Shown here in pieces: positions 61,801 to 64,000 of a DNA stretch of 64,000 nt; within the stretch, counting starts at the first letter, position 1, and the number at the start of each line of letters is the position of its first letter. The notes under the pieces are model-generated. The model saw only the letters and a program-made list of their open reading frames with translations. It was not told the DNA's origin and did no database searches. This DNA is from Heteronotia binoei (Eukaryota), in the NCBI RefSeq assembly GCF_032191835.1, contig NC_083226.1, positions 134,602,001-134,666,000 on the forward strand, read 5' to 3'. Made by a program: the position numbers and the translations under genes.

Positions 61801-63888
61801 AGTGGTTGATCAGTGCCCTGTCATGCTTCCTCCCCCCCCCCCCCCCGGTAGTGTTAATCTAGCAATATTCTTGGGAAAGGCACAGCATTTTGCAAACTAA
61901 TACTTGCTCCCCATTTGAACTCGTGAGGCTTTGCCGCATATTCATACATTTTAAGGAGGAATGGAATCAAGGAACAGACTCGCATACATGTCATATTTGA
62001 TCCGAGGTTGTGTTTTACAGTCAAAGAGTCTTGTAAGGCCGGGCCTTATGTGTAACTGTAGACAGTTGTGCTTGAATCCACCTCACAGCAATATGATTGG
62101 CATCAGTGTTCCCTCTAAACTGCAGAGTCTTGTGAGCAAAAATTCTACTTTGTGAGCTACTGGTATTAAAGTTGTGAGCTACTGCATAAATTGTGCTCTG
62201 GGGCCATTTTTCCTGAGCTAAGACAAAAATGTGTGAGCTAGAAGCTAAAAATCCATGAGCTAGCTCACGCTAACTCAGCTTAGAGGGAACAGTGATTGGC
62301 ATATGTGCATACCTCATATTTGGGGTCCCTGCTCCATACATTTCTACACATGTCCATCAGCTGTTCTTACGTGCCTCATGCAACCACTTCTCTTCAGGGG
62401 CTCATGCCACAGCTGCATGACCTCCACCTCAGTGCAGTATGGGTTGTTGCACTGAAAACTTCTTGTGTTGGTTGAGTGCAACCAACGTGCAATTTATTTG
62501 CTGCATGTAAAGTGATGTCAAGTTGCAGCTGACCTGTGGTGACCCCTTGGGGTTTTCAAGGCAAGAGACAGATAGAGGTGGTTTGTCATTGTCTGCCTCT
62601 GTGTAGTGACTATGGACTTTCTTGGTGGTCTCCCATCCAAGTACTTAGGAGACTGGCTTATTTGTTGGTCCCTTGTAGCTGAGGCTTCCAGAACTTTGGG
62701 AGCTGGAGATTTACAAGGTACCCCTTGAGTCACTTTGAAAGGTAAACAGTTATATTCTGCATGAACTCCTCTTCCCATGTGGGCCAGCAGGAAGTCTGAC
62801 TAGTGTAAAAGCATATGGTCAGCTAGAAAGGTGCGCTATTGAATGTTTTGTGCTTCCAGGGCCCTGTGCGATCAAACCCACCTGAAGTTACAGTTGCTGT
62901 CATGCAGGAACTGAATCGGAGAGGCACATTGAAAAATGCACTTGCGGGACGCGATGAGAAACAGCTCAGTGTACTCCTTAGTTTCTTGATAAGGTAATGC
63001 TTAGGAGATGCTCTTTGGGCCAATATGTCATGCTGTATGTTGAGAAGTTCCATAGTGAATTTCATTTTCAAAATCCATGGTTTTGAAAGAGTTTGGAAAC
63101 ATTTGGCAAGTTCTTTCATGATCAAGGGTAAATAGAAAGAGAGGCCAGGATATGGAAGCTGGCGATTGACAGCCCCAGCAATGCAAATATTGATAGAGGC
63201 ACCATTTATACATCTAAGTTAGAAAGCTGCAGCCAAATAATTGGTTGATTGGATCAAAGCAGCATGAGGAATTCAAACTCTCTTCTCTTCTTCCCATAAG
63301 AAGAACTCTGCTGGATCAGACTGGTGGTCCATTAAAGCCCAGTGCCCTGTTTTACACAGTGGCCAACCAGAGGGCCGATAGGGCCAAAAAGCTAATGTAT
63401 TCCCCTGATGTTACTTCCTAGCAAAGGATTGCAGAGGTTTAGTGCCACTGAATGTGGGGGTTCCCTGTAGCTATCATGGCCAGTGGCCACTGATGAACCT
63501 TTCCTGCTGGAATGTATCCCAAGTTACCCTTGCTTGCTCATTTCTAATGGTGTGCAGTTCTAATTCTACTTCTCAGTTTTGTGCCAGACCTCCATTCTCC
63601 ATTTCTGCAACTCCAGGCCTCCATAGTCATTGTTTCCTACTTTGCTTCCTTCAGCTGGCTTCCTGTCAGTTCTCTCCCCCTTCTCCTACAACGTTCCCCT
63701 TTTGGTCTGAAGTGTGTGAGCTTTGTTTTGCTTAGAACACTAACCAAAAGAAGGAGGGTTCTTGGGCCTTGGCTAGACTTCCTGGACTGGAACATAAAGG
63801 TTAACAGGGTTTTTAAACTTAATTTGCAGGCATGTGACTGATGCAAGATTTGCTCCTGTGCTAATAAATGTTGCAGAAATGATTATAG
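52851..63888 (+). CDS. UTP15: U3 snoRNA-associated protein 15 homolog (SSU processome, WD40), 3'-partial; join(52851..52940,53417..53509,54212..54396,54920..55098,55492..55617,55979..56114,57218..57302,59396..59542,60350..60451,62860..62993,63830..63888)
   Basis: [30 protein letters not shown] / [18 protein letters not shown]...ASSR / [20 protein letters not shown]... / WD repeats ([43 protein letters not shown]) / ...[18 protein letters not shown] / [14 protein letters not shown]. Phases are consistent; the final exon is outside the window. Confidence 0.97.
56417..56605. mobile_element. Two inverted PLE remnants (second subfamily) with decayed hammerheads
   Basis: Plus strand ctaaaga agtgagc agtg actcgc aaaagctc...gttaagtctgtaaagtgctactggactc. 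The minus arm reads gtgaaga tgtgagc aatg actcat gaaagctt. Confidence 0.65.
57383..57470. mobile_element. 88-bp hairpin MITE
   Basis: cagtcctatcctaagcagagttacatccttcta pairs with tagaaaggtgtaactctgcttgggattgtactg and is flanked by gaa/gaa. A partial copy lies near 53180-53238. Confidence 0.75.
59827..60060 (-). mobile_element. Squam3-like SINE
   Basis: Reverse-complement core and head: ttatgaggtgggagggactgagagag...ggcccaaggttacccagcaggcttcatgtggagtggggaatc. Confidence 0.75.
62104..62294. mobile_element. hAT MITE, CAGTGTTCCCTCTAA family, copy 3
   Basis: TIRs cagtgttccctctaaactg...cagcttagagggaacagtg with a perfect TSD attggcat (62096-62103 and 62295-62302). Confidence 0.92.
62506..62649 (-). 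mobile_element. 5S-Sauria-type SINE fragment with a BovB/RTE-like tail
   Basis: Minus strand agtacttggatgggagaccaccaag (5S-like), then gcagacaatgacaaaccacctc...ccttgaaaacccc...ggtcagctgcaacttgacatcactttaca. Confidence 0.7.
63295..63540 (-). mobile_element. Old CR1-type 3' end
   Basis: cataagaagaactctgctggatcagactggtggtccatt...cacagtggccaacc resembles the CR1 tail seen at 2550-2625. Confidence 0.6.
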
Positions 63889-64000
63889 GTGAGTACGGAT
63901 CTCCAACAGCACTAATCTGTAAGGCTGACTCATGCTCAGGTGGCTGAAAGCATGCCTTCTAGTGTTAGTCACAAGGGAGGATGGAATTTTTAAAAAAGAG

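Overview
Vertebrate genomic DNA, a squamate reptile and most likely a gecko (Squam3-type SINEs with (CTT)n tails, 5S-Sauria-type SINEs, CR1). The gene order matches the conserved human 5q13 block: FOXD1 (single exon, minus; forkhead core replaced by a 180-nt N run), BTF3 (plus, 162 aa), ANKRA2 (minus, 313 aa) and UTP15 (plus, last coding exon beyond the window). ANKRA2 and UTP15 share a head-to-head promoter; BTF3 and ANKRA2 are convergent. All exon boundaries were traced by hand and keep frame. Positions 3-24.5 kb are a long CpG-rich domain around FOXD1, and its many long ORFs are GC artefacts. The most unusual signal is a set of at least seven short Penelope-like remnants carrying minimal type I hammerhead ribozyme motifs. 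Two have complete cores (537-580 and 36027-36069), one lies between the convergent BTF3 and ANKRA2 3' ends, and one palindrome is centred on the ribozyme stem III/cleavage hexamer. Also present: a young solo LTR with a perfect 5-bp target-site duplication (TSD) nested in a SINE about 290 bp upstream of BTF3, a 1.07-kb LTR-like element in ANKRA2, and several hAT MITEs with 8-bp TSDs. No wholly new protein-coding system is supported. Repeat family names come from recalled consensus motifs, not from a database search.
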